Origin: Phenylobacterium sp.
Lineage (GTDB): Bacteria; Pseudomonadota; Alphaproteobacteria; Caulobacterales; Caulobacteraceae
Length of the DNA: 38,964 nucleotides
Assembly (NCBI RefSeq): GCF_036263695.1
Contig: NZ_DATAGM010000424.1
Coordinates: 1-38,964, forward strand
Direction: 5' to 3'
This document shows, in pieces, positions 38,066 to 38,964 of the stretch. A program made the translations under genes and the position numbers. The notes below the pieces were generated by a model that was not told the DNA's origin, searched no databases, and saw only the letters and a program-made list of their open reading frames with translations. Positions within the stretch are counted from its first letter, which is position 1. Every line of letters begins with the position of its first letter.

Positions 38066-38964
38066 TTACGCCGCCTTCTTCGCCAGCCGCTCGAGCAGCT
38101 CGGCCGCGAACACCGACAGCGTGTCGTCTCGGGCGCCCATGACCACGATGCGGTCGCCGGGGCGGGCGAGCTCCAGCAGGCGCTCGCCGCAGGCGGCGCG
38201 GTCGGGGAAGGCCTCGGCACGCTTGCCGCGCTCCGCGATCCCAGCGATCACGTCGGCCGTCGAGACCGAGCGGTCTACGGTGCCGCCGTAGTAGACGGGC
38301 TCGGGCATCACCAGCACGTCCTCTCCGGTCATCCGGCCGGCGAAGACATCGATGAACTCCTGCTTCATCAGCCGCAGCGGGCCAAAGCCGTGCGGTTGGA
38401 ACATCAAGAGCAGCCGGCCGTCGAAGGCGTGCAGGGTGTCGAGCGTGGCTGAAAGCTTGTCCGGGTTGTGGGCGAAGTCGTCGATCACGGTGACGCCGCC
38501 GCGGGTCCCGACCACGTCCATCCGCCGCCGGATGCCGGTAAACTCGGAGACCGCCTCGGCGGCCTTCTCAAGCGTCAGGCCGAGCGCCAGGCCTACGCCG
38601 ACCGCGGCCATGGCGTTGGAAACGTTGTGCAGGCCGGGCACCTGCAGGGTGAGGCGCGCCATGTCGCCGGTGTGCTGGTCCGCCAGCGAGATCTCGATGC
38701 CGTCAGGGGCGGGCACGGGCGTGCCGCCGATCAGCCGGGCGGCCGGGTTCGTCAGGCTGTAGGTGATCGACTTGCCTTCGCCGGGGCTGGCGGCCAGGGC
38801 GGCGGTCTCGTCGTTGTCGAGGTTCAGAACCGCCACCTGCGACTTGGCCACGAAGTCGCCGAACAGCTCGCGCAGCTCGTCCATCGACTTGTGGTCCAGC
38901 GAGACGTTGTTCACGACCGCGATCGAGGGCTGGTAGCGGGCGATGGAGCCGTCGCTCTCGTCCA
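38066..38964 (-). CDS. MurC-like Mur ligase paralogue (5'-truncated by window edge)
   Basis: Frame is open to the window end ([24 protein letters not shown]). Motifs [31 protein letters not shown]. Confidence 0.85.
   Translation of the reverse strand, partial: DESDGSIARYQPSIAVVNNVSLDHKSMDELRELFGDFVAKSQVAVLNLDNDETAALAASPGEGKSITYSLTNPAARLIGGTPVPAPDGIEISLADQHTGDMARLTLQVPGLHNVSNAMAAVGVGLALGLTLEKAAEAVSEFTGIRRRMDVVGTRGGVTVIDDFAHNPDKLSATLDTLHAFDGRLLLMFQPHGFGPLRLMKQEFIDVFAGRMTGEDVLVMPEPVYYGGTVDRSVSTADVIAGIAERGKRAEAFPDRAACGERLLELARPGDRIVVMGARDDTLSVFAAELLERLAKKAA

Overview
A very GC-rich alphaproteobacterial chromosomal segment, most consistent with Caulobacteraceae (Phenylobacterium/Caulobacter-like). 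The core backbone is flhB(partial)-cckA ... recA ... alaS ... icd ... trmJ ... rpsD ... grxD-bolA ... purL ... Mur ligase (partial). Accessory genes fill the gaps: tandem GPH/MFS transporter paralogues, a Tat-exported DUF885 protein, an EAL phosphodiesterase, Nudix, GFA, GST, a NAT + CN-hydrolase pair, an AEC transporter, an O-methyltransferase, a lipoprotein class A beta-lactamase, a nitronate monooxygenase, LysR/SnoaL, XRE/GNAT, lipoprotein/PI-PLC, a thioesterase, a serine hydrolase, a CinA-like protein and a MEDS-HisKA_2 kinase with a divergent receiver. I saw no rRNA, tRNA, CRISPR array or transposase. Non-coding signals are two tandem LexA boxes at recA, two CtrA-like boxes, two sigmaT/EcfG-like promoters, intrinsic terminators, four palindromic intergenic repeats of two families and a highly structured RNA candidate in the recA 3' region. 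The best candidates for something new are: (i) the lower-GC MEDS-kinase / PhyR-like receiver islet; (ii) a catalytically dead aldo-keto-reductase-fold (KidO-like) gene coupled to bolA and sitting between bolA and grxD behind a CtrA-like box; (iii) the recA 3' structured RNA; (iv) a MurC/Mpl-hybrid ligase; (v) a beta-lactamase with a ~31-aa omega-loop insertion. All family assignments come from motif recognition by eye and were not database-checked.
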